In this document: positions 14,509-29,100 of the stretch, piece by piece | Layout: each line of letters starts with the position of its first letter | Position numbering within the stretch: position 1 is the first letter of the stretch | Source: Cycas panzhihuaensis | Lineage: Eukaryota > Plantae > Cycadophyta | Assembly: GCA_023213395.1 (NCBI GenBank) | Contig: CM041465.1 | Location: 189,851,741-189,915,740, forward strand | DNA: 64,000 bases | Direction: 5' to 3' | The notes under the pieces: generated by a model | Databases searched by the model: none | What the model was told of the DNA's origin: nothing | What the model saw: the letters and a program-made list of their open reading frames with translations, nothing else | Made by a program: the position numbers and the translations under genes

Positions 14509-14793
14509 AGATAATAAAGTATATATTGAAGATCAAAGGAACAAAGCAAAAAATATATATCAAAAAATTTATTTATTTATATGTTGAAAATAAAAAAAGG
14601 AACGAAGAACCTGGTTCCCGTATGTTGTGCAAACTTCTAAGCGAGAGAACTTCCTTCACGGTGGCTGAAATTCTGATCTGTCTTCTCCAGTGGGTAGGTG
14701 AGCTCGCTAGAATCTCAACAAGCAGTCATATGGATACATTTCGCCATATGTATGCGCAACTAAAAATAGAAAATAGGTAATAGTATCAACCTC

Positions 14794-14805
14794 GCTCTGA
14801 TACCA
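14794..14805 (-). promoter_or_regulatory. Primer binding site (tRNA-iMet) of copia A
   Basis: TGGTATCAGAGC on the - strand, 2 nt from the 5' LTR. Confidence 0.95.
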
Positions 14806-14807
14806 AA

Positions 14808-15141
14808 TGATGAAGCTGGAGGAGCAGAGCAGGACATCATAACGATCGCATCTTGAGTACAATGGCAATTTCCAATAGAATGGCAGTGTTAATAAACACC
14901 AGGGAGGTATTCCCAACCCTTAAATAGAGAATTGTGGAGGCGTTGGGCACCATCACCCTAGCTGCACAACAATTAAGGTTAGTTTAAAAAAATATTAAAA
15001 TAAATAACGGTGATACGTACCTCAAATGAGTGGTCAGTCTGGGCGGCTGTTGAACGACTCAAGGTGCCCTAGGGGCCCTCAAAGGTGGCTTTGAGGGGCC
15101 CTAAGCGCTCTGGTGCATGTACATTGGGATTATTCCCAACA
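14808..15141 (-). repeat. 5' LTR of copia A
   Basis: Pairs with 6496-6829; begins TGTTGGGAATAATCCC on the - strand. Confidence 0.95.
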
Positions 15142-15930
15142 AAGGGCCTATATTTGACCAAGACCCATCCACTTTAGAGCCAATATTAATTCACTTCACA
15201 CCTATAAGCATATGATAGTATGGATACCTTGGTATCCTTAATGATCTTAAGTTTAATAATGAAAATTATCCTATGTAATAGGTGAGTATTCTAAACCTTA
15301 TTTAGGGTATATAAGGCCCTATCATTATACAAATCTCCTCACCTCAAGACCATTCCATGCTTAACTTTAATCTTGGTCCTTCTACATTGAGTGATGGACC
15401 TATTTTAGGAGATCCTCCCCTTACCTCCTTCAAGGGAACTTCAACCCTCTTTCTCATTCATAACACTTGCAACCCTAATAATAGATAATACTATTATAAA
15501 CACAACATTTAATGCCTAATCAATCACTATACTTGATAACATATTAGTATCCCATACCAATGGAGTCTCACCAATAATTTATAGGGAAAATCTAGAAAAA
15601 CTCTTTTTAAATCCACCACTAATTTTAAACACCTCCAAATCATAGATAATTAAGGAGGTTAAATTATAATGACCTGATCCCTAATAGTAATTCTCCTCTA
15701 AGCAACTAATTGTTAATGAGGTTAAATTATGGTGATATAACCTATGAGATGCCCTTTATAGCCCAATAAGGCACATCACCCTTAAGGTAACAAGCTTAAG
15801 TAATAGTACTCCTAAATGAGCTAAAGCTTCCCTTCCCGCTAATTTATTTGCTATGGGGCATTATACTTCATAATGAGTATAAACTGGTTATACTTCATCA
15901 CAAGTATAAAGTATCAGATATAAATACTAG

Positions 15931-16306
15931 TGTTATAATCCAACCTACAAGTATCACTCTAAAAGGATAACAAGGGAGCCCAAATAGATCTTTTATTAAT
16001 GCAATACCATAGATTACATTTAGATCACATAAGACATTAATGGAAACCAAAGGGAAGATGTATGAGAGTACAATCTTTATAAAAGGAAATTGATAGCATC
16101 GGTCCTTTCTTTACAAATATATAGCCTTAAATAGACATCAATGGTAATTATTTCCCAACATCTTATTACTAGGCTATATGGCCTTTGATTCCATTAGTAG
16201 AGGTATGCAATCCATGCATACCTATCAATAATTTTAATTAAACCATACCACCTTAATTGTATGCCTAGATGCTTCTATGTTATTCCCCTTAGAGGGTTAT
16301 GTAACA
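15931..16306 (-). repeat. 3' LTR of chromovirus B
   Basis: tgttat...gtaaca, colinear with 33641-34016, followed by the reverse-complement PPT agccccttcctcct. Confidence 0.85.
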
Positions 16307-16329
16307 AGCCCCTTCCTCCTAGATGTTAA

Positions 16330-19300
16330 GTACTCAAAGTGCTAAATATGTAGATGTTGCTTGATGAAGTCTTTAAATTCCCATGTGGATTCCTAAAGTG
16401 TATAGTTAGCCCACTATACCAGATACTCAAAAATAGTTCTATTTCATAGACGAAGGTGTTAGGATTTTAAAATACATATAGGAGGATCTATAAGGATTTA
16501 TTCTTGTTAGAGTATAGAAAGGGTTGATTAGGATGTGATAGACTTTCGCCAAGTGTTTTTTCAAATAAAATACATGGAAAACATTATGGATATTGGTCTT
16601 AGGAGGAAGGGCAAGAGTATAAGCAGTTGCACCAATTCATTAAGTGATTATTTAGGGGTCATAGTATCAAGGACTTAACTTATAGGTCTTTTGATAGTAG
16701 AGAGATTATTACTTATAAGGTTAAAGGCAAAGGAAAACTAGGTCACCCACTTCAAATGATTAATCGGAGTGGTGGAAATCTATTAGTTACTTCATTTGAT
16801 TTTGTGTAAACCTAAGTTTTGTTTAAGGGTATGGAGAATTTTATCAATGTCTAGTAGTATTTGTTGCACCTAAACAATGTAAAGATTTATGGACAATATA
16901 TGGTGGGATGGTATGGGGTCTCTATAGAGGGCCATGAATGGAGTCATACCAACTATGGAGTGTTAGGAAGAATTATACCAATACTTGGCTAAGGCTAATC
17001 AAAAGATCCATCAACATTGGTATTTCAAGGTAAAACAATGTAGGTATATTTCTAAGGTTTTATTAAGTATTTTGAATTTCCTATTTATTTAGGGATGATA
17101 AAAGGAGCTCATGTAGAGAGATGTTCTTGATGCATGAAAGAGTTCTTACCAAAATAAGCTTGTGAATTTAGGATCTTTATCAAAGACTTTGGTTGATGGG
17201 AGGCCATAGAGGTAAAACATGAATTAGATATAGAGTTTAGTTAAATGAGGAGCTTTATAAGTAGTGTGGATAAGGAGGAAATAGGCATATTTAGTTAGAT
17301 GATTGTTAATGACCCAAATAGAGTCATATCTAACCAATAGTGGGAATCCCATGATGAAGTCCATCATAATGTCTTATTATTTACCCTGAGGGATCTTTAA
17401 GGGTTGAAGTTGATCGAGTTGGGCCTTAGTGTCTACCTTATTACATTAGCATGTATCACATCCAAAGACATATGTAGGGATGCTAGACTTAATATGAGGC
17501 CAGTAGAAATCTAACCAAAATTCATGATAGGTTTTATTGAATCCTAAGTGGCCTTTAAGTTGTGTGTTGTAATATTCAAAAAAGATACAAGTAATAAATG
17601 GGGAAGTAGGGTGTATAAAGATGTGGTTATGATAAAGAAGGTAATTATTATGTAGGCTCCAATCTTTATGGTTTTAAACGTTATTAGCCCAAGTGGTAGA
17701 GTCAAGTTGGGCTTTTTTAATCTTAGCTAACTCATGGAGCTAGGAGGGTTGGGGCATGGATATGGCATGGATGGTAGGTTCAACTAGGAGTTAGGAAAGG
17801 GCATCCACAATAATATTGCCCTTACCCTTTCTATATAATATGGTAAAGTCAAAAACTTGTAATTAGTCAACCCATTTGGCTTTTTCCTTTGATAAAACTA
17901 GTTGGTCTAGTAAATAGTCGAGACTATGATGGTTTATTAAAATGGAAAACTTAGAGCAAAGTAGATATTAGCACCACTTGTTGACTATATGTAGGATGGC
18001 TCTCATTTATTTTTGGTAGGTAAAACGTTAAAACTCATGTTGTTTGAGATTCTGACTCTTGAATATAATAAGGTGAAAGTTCTACATGAGGACGCCCCCC
18101 AACCCCATGTCAGATGCATCACATTCTAATTAGAATGGTTAGGAGAAGTTGGGAATAGAAAGGATGGATGTAGTTATCATGAGTACTTTCAAAAGGTTGA
18201 AGGCATCCACAATATTTTATTACCATTAAAAAGAGTCTTTATGGAGTAGGTTTATTAAAAGAGAGACTTTATAGAGTAGGTTTATTAAGGGGGTGTCTAT
18301 AGATGTATAGCTTTTAATAGATTGATGATAGAAATATGTTAGACTAAGGAAGGCCCATAATTAGGTTAGGCTTTTTAGGGTGGGTCATTAAATGATAACC
18401 AATATTTTATCGAGGCCAATACGTACTCCAGTTATAGAGATGATGTAGTATAAGTATTATAGTTTAGTTTTTCCAAACTCATAATTTGATATCTTCACAT
18501 ATAATTCATTTTGAGTCAAGACATAGATGGTAGTTTTTAAATGTTAGAGGTGTAGAGACATGTTAGTACTATAAATTAATATGTTATCAAATAAGATAAT
18601 AATAAACTTATGAAGGTAGGGCACAGAAATTTTATTTGTTAGAGATTAAAAGGTGGTCAAGGCATTGCATAGCCTAAATGACATAACTTGGAATTCAAAG
18701 TAGTCATTTTGAGTTTAAAAAGTGATTTTATACCTATCCTGGGGGCTATTGGTATTTGGTAATACCCATATTATAAGTTTAATTTGGAAAAGATTATAGC
18801 CTGATGGATTTTACCTAGCATATCATCGATTCAATCGGTAGGGAACTTATTCTTGATAGTTAGTTTATTGAGTTCCATATAGCCAACACAAAGTCAGAAA
18901 GAACTATTTTTTTTTAGACTAGAATGATGGGGGTTACATGAGGGCTTTTGCTTAGCTATATAATGTTGATATCCATTAGTTCATTAATGATGTACTAGAT
19001 CTCATTCTTTTGGAAGTAAGAGTTTTGATATGGGTGTAGGTTGTGATGGTTTTTTAGATCAATGATATGGTAAAATTTGTGATCTAAGGGAGGGCCACCA
19101 AGTAGGGGGGAGAAGACAGATTGTTATTTGGTGAGAATTGGGTGGATGTCTAAGTTGACTTGAGATTTGAGTTAAATATTGTTAATATGGACAATATATT
19201 GGATGCTTATATTGAGATACTTACCCATTTGCTTAGGGAAAATAAGTTTGTTAGGTGGGGATTAGAGGCTATAGAGTTTATAGGTTTATCCATAGTGGTC

Positions 19301-20750
19301 TTTAAATATTATGAATGGGTTCTTAAGGGAATTATTACTACTATAAGTTCTTAGCATTTGGAGCCATTGGACCCTTAGTATGGTATAAGATCCCCTAATG
19401 GATATAGCATAAAAATCTAACTTAAGCTGATAGGTACCAATTTAGACTTGGAGATTATAAATGACACCTACATAATGGAGTGAGTAGTGGCCTAGGAGGG
19501 AATAATTATCCTATTTTTGGTTTAGTATATAGATTTAATTATTTGGCTATAATAATATCCATGAAGTTTAGGGATGTATCATCATATATTAAAATTGTCA
19601 TGGGGGTTTTCCTTAAGGTCCCTCTTACATATAATGGGCCATGAGGGTTTTCTTTAAGACCCCTCTTATATGCAATAGGTCAGGGTGTGAAGAAGAGGAA
19701 ATAATAGACATGATTACTTTAGGTTTTGGGTCTAAATATAGGGAGGGTTCTGTGGTTGGCTCTTATTTTATTACATCATTGGAGTTTAAGTCACAGTCAA
19801 TGGTGAAGATGACTCTTTTGGCTTTACAAATATGACCATTTTGTAGGAACTATTATTCTATATATTATAAACATAGATTGACGTCTTGATGCTTAGGCAC
19901 CTCGAAGGATGGTATATGCATTTATATTGATAATTTTTCTATGGTAAGATGTTCAATTGGGTCATTCATTACTTACTAATGAGGTTCTTTAACTTGAATC
20001 CTTAGAGGTTAATAGGGTTTTATGGGTCTTTAGCAAGTGAACCATGGTGTGTCTCATCTACTCCTATATGCTCTCTCTGATATAAACTCAGCTTTAATCA
20101 TTTTGGCATAATTGATGGTGTCCTAAAGGCTAGGAGGTCAGTTGGTCTTCAACCTCATTTAGATCTATTTAGTAAGACCAAATATGTAGCTTTCAACCAA
20201 AGTTTATTTATTAAGGGGATGGGTGACTCAAGTTTGGATTACTTAAAGCTCCTTTGTATTGGCCTCAATTGTCATGGATTGTTATAGTTGCATTAACTAG
20301 ATAAAGAATGATTAGTTCTAAGTCTCCTCATATTGCTCAAAAAAATATTTATAAAACTAATCCCACATTTGATTAGATGGGTACTCATAGGTCAACCATT
20401 TATACTAATTGTGAGCTTTGCCTTAGAGGTGTATAGAGGCAAAAGTTATGTAATCAACTTTAGACAAATATTTAAGTACAAAATAAGAGTCCAATTTGTT
20501 AATCTAATTGTATGGTATATATTTATTAAGATTAGGGTCAAAGACATGTATATTAATTTTATGATTAAATGATTATTGGTGTGTAGCCTAGGGAGGTGGA
20601 TTTCTACCCTGGGATGCTCTACTTTGTGACACGTTAGATGAGTTGGAGCTAGCCATTAAGAGAAAGTTTAGATATTTGAGTACTTATAAATGTAACCTAT
20701 TTGGTAAGGTTTATAAGGTTCAACACTAACTTGGTAGAGTCATGATACAT
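16330..20750 (-). pseudogene. gypsy gag-pol remnant with C-terminal chromodomain
   Basis: RT near 18840-18955 reads SPHVTPIILV*KK..SSF*LCVGYMELNKLTIKNKFP. Chromodomain near 16365-16488 reads PICILKS*HLRL*NRTIFEYLV*WANYTL*ESTWE. Boundaries approximate. Confidence 0.8.
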
Positions 20751-22162
20751 CTTGAAAAATTGAGTTTTCAAAGAGAAAATTAGTTCAAATTAATTCATTA
20801 TGGAAAGAGTCTTAACAAAATAGGAAAGAACAAGAAGAAATGGGAGAGATAGGAAGAATGAGTGTTGAAGGAATGGAGGTATACAAGAAGGGTAGAGAGG
20901 GGAAAGGGTGTAAGGTGGCTATAGGATGTTGACCCTAAAAATTAAGTAAGAAAATCACCTAACTCTCGTGAAAAAGTGTAACGAGATCTTCAAAATAAGG
21001 TAGGTGGGTAGTAACCAAAAAATTAGGCTAATAGGGTGCATGAGTTACTTATAGGCTAGTTTTCCTTGAAATAAATGATTAAAACTAACCTAGTGGACTT
21101 TGATCAATATGAGACACTGATTAAAATAAGATGTATGAATCAATAGGGCTAAATTTTAGGCCATGAACACTTTTTTGTGACAAGTCTAATGGTACAAGTC
21201 TCGTTAAAATTTGATAAGTCTTGATGAAGTTATAACCCTTTATTTTCTTATTTTTCTTTCGTCATTTTTACTTTTTTCTAAGTGGACTAGACTTGCCTCA
21301 GGTGGATTAGGTTGGAGATATTGTAAGTCTTGTTATTTGTTGTACTAAGACAGAAAAAATCCTTAAGATCTAGGCTACATAAGTTGTTAGGTGTGCTCAG
21401 TTTTGATGTTCTTGCTTCTATTTATAGGATCATTTTATTGTCAATGATGTTATCCATAAGAAGTTTTATTACTGGTTGATGAAATAATGATTCATAGTAG
21501 AAGATTTATGGTTGTTATCAACTTTGATTAGTGAAATTATAGTAGACTCAAGAGTTATGTATCAGGGTATTTGCATAATAAAAGACTATAAAGAGTTAAG
21601 AGAACCTACCAAACACTAGTAAGAGAGTGTTTGTCTCTATAGGCCCTGTGATAAACTTCTCTATTATTATTGTATCTTAGTCTAAGATATTAGGGCACTA
21701 CCTATAAAGGAAAAAATATCCTTATAAGGTCTACAGTCATGTAGAGGTATTCGTGCAGAGTAGATTTTGGGCATTAACTACTAACCCATGCACCATAAAG
21801 GGACAAATAATTAAGAGTTTACCTATTATGGGTTGGAGAGGGAGCCTATATGGGTTTTCTTATATACTTAAAGGTACATAGAGTCTTAATTTTATAGTCA
21901 AGTTCTATCTAAGGCTTAATTTAATAGACTTAACTAAAGTATTTCATGCAAGGATAGAAAAGCCATAATACACTTGGCCTGGAGCAACAAATCCTCGTGA
22001 TGTTTATAGATTCCTAACATAGGGTCTCTACCTAATTAAAGCAGATAGTTTCCAAGCAAAGTTATTTATCCTTATACAAGAATCAGGGGAGGGATAAAAA
22101 AGGGTAGCTACCAAGCAGCATTATCTACCTTTGAATAAAAAAATTAAAATGACTAAATACTA

Positions 22163-22496
22163 TGAAGGATTTGAAAGCATGGAGATAGAGCAGAGCAATA
22201 AGCAAATAATCAATGCATTGTACAATATGAGCATAAACCAAATATCTTTATTCAAGTCATGTTTAAGAGTAATACAAACTTCCAAAATAGAGGTGGTGTC
22301 TAAAGACACTAGGGTTTATCACCCTAGTAAATATATAGTTTGAGAGATGAGGGAAACCTCCTCAACCTCCAAGATTCAAACAATATTAAAATAATACTTA
22401 ACTAAAGTTACACTTAACCTTACCTTATTTACCTTTACATGTATGCACTCATATGTGTAAATTGTGGGAATAGGGTGATGAACATTAACCCCAACA
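22163..22496 (-). repeat. 3' LTR of element C
   Basis: tgaagg...ccaaca, matches 33193-33525. Confidence 0.92.
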
Positions 22497-22879
22497 TTCT
22501 CCCCCTTAATGGTCATCACGAACATCTTCACTTTTCCTTGAATTTGTGATACATGTATTTGAGGAAGACTTTGAGTGAGTAATTGAACAAATATCCTTTC
22601 ACTTTGTCTTTATCTTTATGCATCATTGTCCTTGTATAGTGGTTTCCTTCAATATGGTTTAGTTTAAGTGATCTTCAAGTAGGTATGACTTGCTTCGAAT
22701 AGAGAATAGTGGCTTCATCTTTTACTTTATCTTTGAATTCACTGTTACAACATCATCATATGTATCAAAGTGATCATTAATTTGATTTCAGTCTTCAACA
22801 TTAGTCTTTTCAATATAAAATACCTACTCTGACATCTGTCTCATATGTACAACATCATCATAATTAAATTTATTCAAAT

Positions 22880-23170
22880 TTAGGGTTTTTCCTTATAAAT
22901 TAATTCTAGTGTATCCCAAATATATTTGGATATAGTTAATTCGCTAACATTAACGAATACATCATTATTTATTGTGTTAAAGATTAAAGCTATGATTTCA
23001 TTATCCTTTCTTAAGTTTTCTTTAAAAAAATTATCTTCCTCTAGGTAACCATATGCAACAAATTTTCAAATGTCTTTTGCAATAAGAAGTGTTTTCAACA
23101 AGCCTTTCCAAACATGAAAATTGGTCCCATCAAATGTAGGAATTAACATATCATCTAGATACATTGCCAT
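22880..23170 (-). pseudogene. Truncated copia gag (N-terminal ~95 aa)
   Basis: MAMYLDDMLIPTFDGTNFHVWKGLLKTLLIAKDI*KFVAYGY...KENLRKDNEIIALIF...SKYIWDTLELIYK, homologous to the copia A gag N-terminus. Confidence 0.85.
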
Positions 23171-24214
23171 TTATAAAGTTTTTAGTTTATGAATTTAAAT
23201 GAATAAATGAAAGTCTTTAATGTGTGAATAACATAAAGTGGACAATAAGTGCTTTTCAATAAATATAAATCCCTTAATCAAGGTAGGTAAGTAATAAGAT
23301 CAAATGTATATCTTTTAAGACAAATGCTTTCCTTTTGCTGGAACTAAATTAATTAATACTTTCATGAAAACTTTAAAGGTAGGAGACTAAAGTGAGCCAA
23401 AGATAGTTTGAAATATATATTTGACCTTTCAGATGAATGTCTTCATAAATCAATGAAAAATAACTTGATAATAAAAGAAACTATATGATTCATGAATATG
23501 GTTTGGAAGATAACTTTTAAACTTTCAAAAGTATATGAGCAATAACCTTTCTTTCAAATCTTAGGAAATTAAATGAATCAATTAATGAGCCTTTTTCTTT
23601 CCAAAGAAGTAAAAGAATATTAGATGATATGCAACATGGTTTTTAATTTGATATGATGTAGAAAAACAAGGATCTATATGCTCCTTTGAATGCTTTGACA
23701 ATGCAAGTCTGAAATCAAGTTGCCTTTAATGATAAATAGATAGATATGCAATGATATTCTTCAACTAATCTTGAAGATTTTAAAGATAATAGGTAGCTAA
23801 GCAAAATGAATGACTTCTATGTCAATATATAATGAAATAATCTTCTTTCCAAATGTATGCAAGATTATGGAGATGATTAGCTATCCTTTTGAATAAACAA
23901 AGTAGATGTATATAAAATCTGAAGTATAACCTTTGTTTAAGATAGAAATATTAGAAAGTAATAAGTTTTCACAAAGAAATATAGAAAATAAAGAAATATA
24001 ACACAAATTGAACCTATTTGGTAAGGTAGCGCCACTTAGTTTGTTGATAGCTTGAAGTGCTAAAAATGTAACTTCTTACTCCAAAAATGCTTGAAAAATG
24101 TAAACAAGAGCCAACAATAGCTTCAAGAATAAACTATTAATGATCAATAATATAGATATAACCTTTTTGAGATAATGTAATACTTGAAAAGTTATAAGAT
24201 AAGGCCTATAAAGG

Positions 24215-24588
24215 TGTTAACGTGGCAGTTAATTATTAAGCCACTTAGTTAATGTTAATGTGGTTTAATTAAGTGAAAAGGTACGAAGCCAAAAAGGTGT
24301 GACTTATTTGGAGGGTCATAACCCTAATGAAGTGACACCTCTTGGAGAGTATAAATGCCTTAAGGTCTTGTATATTCAACATCCAAGATCATTATATCAA
24401 TTCATTGTGCAATAATCAAGTGATCTATCAAGGATCCTTTTGTGGTGGGTTTTTTCCTAAAAGGGTTTTTCCACGTAAATCCTATGTACTGTGCATTTGT
24501 TTTATGTGTGTATATTTGTTTGTTTACTATGTATGGTAAAAGATTTTACAGTTGGAAATATTTGTATATGATTTCATGTTCCTAAATA
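24215..24588 (+). repeat. 5' LTR of copia D
   Basis: tgttaac...; TATA-like tataaa at ~24350; followed directly by the PBS. Confidence 0.92.
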
Positions 24589-26113
24589 TGGTATCAAAGT
24601 CATAGGGTCCTACATAGCTGAGGCTTGACGTTGAAGTGGAACAGTATGGTCGTTGGTTACCGGGTAACACCGTCTAACCTAAGACAAGTCTTGAGGATCC
24701 ATCAACCCCAAAAATATGTAGAAGCAAGCATAGTATATCTGTGGAGGTTGAAGTAGTGGAGATCACTATTCAACAGAATATAAGGGCTATTGGAGTCAAT
24801 ATTTAGGCATGAAGTCTATGTTTGTGGTTAGAGTTGGCTTGTCAAGGGCCATCTGAAGCTGATTAAAAGTCTATTACAATGATTGATACCTGTTGAGCAC
24901 ATCCTAATGGTAATTCAACAACTATAAAGACATTGATCTATATATACACATAAGTCGGTACCTTACGCATCAAAAGCACTATAAAATTCAAAGAAAATTG
25001 GCTTTTATGGCCATTAAAAGCACCTTATCTATATAAGGGAGAGATTAAAGCCTTGTTTGGATTATTTTCTGCCCTCTATACTAAAATTAGATAGCATTTA
25101 TTAGTACCACAAATGGTTGTGACTAAACTTTGAGTTGTAGTGCCATTATATGTGAGAAAGGACCTGTATCTCATCCATATGCACACTTGAGAGCCCACAT
25201 CTATATGTTAAGAGATAGTTGAGCCTATTTGTGTACTATTTTAGAGACTTGTGTACTTGATTTAGGCATAGTACAACTGTACCAAGGCTGGATGTGTACT
25301 TACTAATGTAGTAGGGCACATGTTAAAGCCGTATGGATTGTTTTCTATGGTACTTTATCTCTTTTAAGGCTAGTTGGGAGCAAATATATGTTGGCTAGGC
25401 ATTAATTCTATTGTTTGGGCTATATACGACCTGTGTTATCAACTGTTTGGAAGGTCTTCACTTATTTTTAAAGTATGCCTATCTGTGTATAAGTGTGCAA
25501 GCTGAAAAACTGAAGCGGTAGCCATGACTCCTTAAATCACGTCGTGCAAATTTTCAATGTATCATTTGATATTTTATACTAAGGTTTAGACTTAGTAATG
25601 TCTTTGATATAATTTTATTGAGATTTGAAGCATGTGCATTTAGTTATAAGGAGTGAACTTTTTGAAAAGTCACACTTTTTGGGAATATGCCTTTTAGCAT
25701 ATTCCCCTCAAAGTAAAAATATAAAAAGACCCTTGTATATCTTTATTATATGGTATTCTACCTATTGTGAAGTTATTTGAAGTGTTTTTTGCCCATTTTG
25801 AGAGCAAATCGAGGAAATTTTATGTGCTTTTGACTTAGAAACCGTGCACTTTAGTCATGTGGAGCTGTCCTTTGTTCTAGAGAACATGTTTTTAACCATT
25901 GTTAGTATTGGCTGTGATATTTAATGGATATTTATGGTCATTTGTTGACAATTAAGGAGGCATAAATAGTTGGTGGTTCACTTAACATGGGTATAATCTG
26001 TGTTAGGTGCCTTTGGAAGCGTGCTCATGAGGTAGAGGACACAAGGGTACATTTTGTCCTGCAAACATTCATTTTTGGTGTCGTTTAGCCCATATTGAAG
26101 CATATTTCTCAAG

Positions 26114-29100
26114 ATGGAGCGCATTATGCCCAAAATTATCTTCAATGGTAACAATTTTAGTGAGTGGAAGGCCAATATGGAATTGATTCTGATGTTGAAT
26201 CAACTATAGGGAATTACTAAGGTGAAAGTGGACACGATTCCATTAGACTATAAGGAGCATATTTATCTCGAAGAAAAGTAATTGATAGCCATGGGATCAA
26301 GAACTGCCACGGTACCGCATCAGAGTGTTGGTTCACAATCTTGATGAACTGGCAGAGATATAGAGAAAATTGTGTGATACATTTGAAAAGAAGTAGACGA
26401 ATAAACGCCTGGCACTAATGTTGGGATTATTCAACTTGCATGTGGAGGATGAGAACAACATCAACTCCTACCTTAATAAGATTACCGACTTGAAGAATAA
26501 GCTAGAGGAACTAAAGCTGAACTCGATCAATGATGCATTGCTATTTGCAATAATCATGTCGACACTGTCCACTGCCTTCACCACATTCTAGACCATTTAT
26601 GGTAGAGATGAAGTGATGGAAGTAAAGACATTTGATAGGTTTAAAAGCCTGATTCTAGAATAAGATGCCAAGCTCAAACATCATGTTATGCTTAGAGGTT
26701 CGAGTTCAAGTCAGGCCTTAGCCATGAAAACTCAGAGGAAGGAGACCCCTAAAGAGGAGAAGATCACATAGTGGTTAAGAGAAAGTTCACAAGATAAAAA
26801 GAAGTTCAACGGGAAATGCAATTATTATAATAAGGAAGGTCACCGCAAGAAGAACTGTTGATTCAAGTGTCATGACAAGTGCAAAGTCAACCAGGATGAT
26901 AAAGGGAAAAACATTGTTGCTCACTACGACTGAGTAAAAGCCTTATTAGCCGAATCTGATCAGAGAGATTATTGGGTGTTTGACTCTGGAGTGTAGAAGC
27001 ATATTTCTTACCAAAGGTAGAACTTTGATGTGACGACTTCAAATTAGAGTGGTGCTTAGATTGTCCTTGGTGATGCTCGTGTCTTGCTAGTAGAAAGTAT
27101 CAACAAAGTTTCCATTACAGGAGGTAAATTTATTAGGGTGTATTATGCACTGCAGATGCAGTTAAACCTTCTTTCAGCTCGGGAGATATGAAAATAAGGT
27201 ATGAAGGTAAATCTCTATAATGACAAATGCCTAATTAAGGATCCAAAATATAACTTTGTTGTCATAGCTACTGGGAAAGTTAGGGACAACTTCTGGGTGT
27301 TTCAAAAGTTTTAGTCTCAGAAGAAATCCTACGCCTTTATTGCTAACATGGATGACATAAGTAAGTTATGGCACAATCACCTCGGTCATCTTAATTATAG
27401 GAGTATTACACTGTTGAAGAGGTTGAAGATGGTGGAAGGATTGTCATCAGTTACCTGCTCAGATTATGTGTGTGAAGGGTGTATGTATGGCAAGCACCAC
27501 CGCTAACCTTTTGCTCAGGATAATGCCTAGAGGGCCAAAGAGAAGATGTAGCTTATACATTCAAATCTAATGGGCTCTCTTCCTAACCCTTTGATATATG
27601 GAGCCTGTTATACCCTTGTATTTATGGATGACTACATTGGGAAGGCTTGGGTTTACTTTTTCAAGAACAAGTCATTCATGTTTGATCACTTTCGTGACTC
27701 GAAAGCAATGGTTGAAAATGAATATAATAAGAAAATAAAATCATTAAGAAGTGATAATGGAAAGGAGTATGACAATAATGCATTCAATCAGTTCTATTGT
27801 GATCATGGTATAAAGTAGAAATTTATGGTCCCATATACCCCACAACATAATGGAGTTACTAAAAGAAAGAACCATACCATGATGAAGATGGCGAGGTGTA
27901 TGGTGCATGCTCAAAACTTGCCACTGAAATTTTGGGTAGAAATTGTGGTGACTGTCGTTTATATTTTAAACCAGGTACCCACTCAAGTAGTTCGTAGCAT
28001 GACCCCCATAGAGAAATGGACCGGTCATAAACCCGTCATTAGCCATTTAAGAATGTTTAGGTGTATCACGTACACCTACATCCTAGATGATACCCAAAAG
28101 AAGTTGGATTAGAAAAGTCTAAAGTACATATTTAGGGGGTATTACACAGAGAACAAAGCCTACAGACTATGGGATCCATAGGGGGCAAAGATTGTGGTTA
28201 GTCAGGATGTCAAATTTAATGAGACATCTACGTATCATATTGGTCGATCATCATAGGAGCCTGTTTACCCCCTCCCCCCCCCCCCTACCCCTCACTACTC
28301 CCATTCCCAGAGTCATCAAGCAAATAGGACAGTGAGCCAATCACTGAAATACCTGAGGAAGTAGGATCAAGTAGGACGAGTAATAGTGAAGAGCCACCAT
28401 AAGTTGAAGTGCCTCCAACAATGGGTCCTTCAATACCTTTATGGGCAAGGAAGACTATAGAAGATTCTAGTGTGGCGATGCAAACCTTAATTGATGATCG
28501 AAGAATATGAAGTCAGCATGCTAGTCAAACTCTGTTGGTAAACACCAACGATTCCAATGATCCTGATTCATTCCATGAAATGAAAGGAGATCCAAGATGG
28601 AGAGCTACAATGGAGGATAAGTATAGTTTTTTCCTGAAGAATAACACATGGGATTTGGTTCCACTACCTCTGACAAAGAATCTTGTAGGATACAAGTGGG
28701 TCTACAAGATAAAGTTCTACTCTAATGAAGAGGTGGAGAAGTTTAAGGCCAGACTTGTTATGCAGGGATTCAAGCAGAAAGAAGGAATTGACTATGAGGA
28801 GACATTTGCACCAGTCTCCAGAATGAAAACGGTCTATTTATTGATTTCCTTAGTAGCAGCTTATAGTTGGGAGTTACATCATATAGACGTAAAGTCCACT
28901 TTCCTTAATGGAGATCTAAAGGAGGAAATACATATGGCGTAGCCTCTGGGATTCGTTAAGGATAGCTAAGAGCATCTTGTTTGCCATCTGAAGAAGTCAA
29001 TCTATGACCTAAAATAGGCACCCTATGCTTGGTATGAGAAGATGGATAACAAGTTGAAAGATGAAGGCTTTGAAATTTAGAACTCGACCCAAACTTGTAT

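Larger units (their letters stand above)
6496..15141 (-). mobile_element. Full-length Ty1/copia LTR retrotransposon A (inactivated)
   Basis: Two 334-bp LTRs (TG...CA), TSD AAGGG at 6491-6495 and 15142-15146, tRNA-iMet PBS, PPT, gag-PR-INT-RT-RH order. Confidence 0.97.

Noticed and set aside
13894-14780. ORFs of 85 and 123 aa in the copia A leader as an extra or env-like gene
   Set aside because: Short, overlap tandem repeats, and show no recognisable domain.
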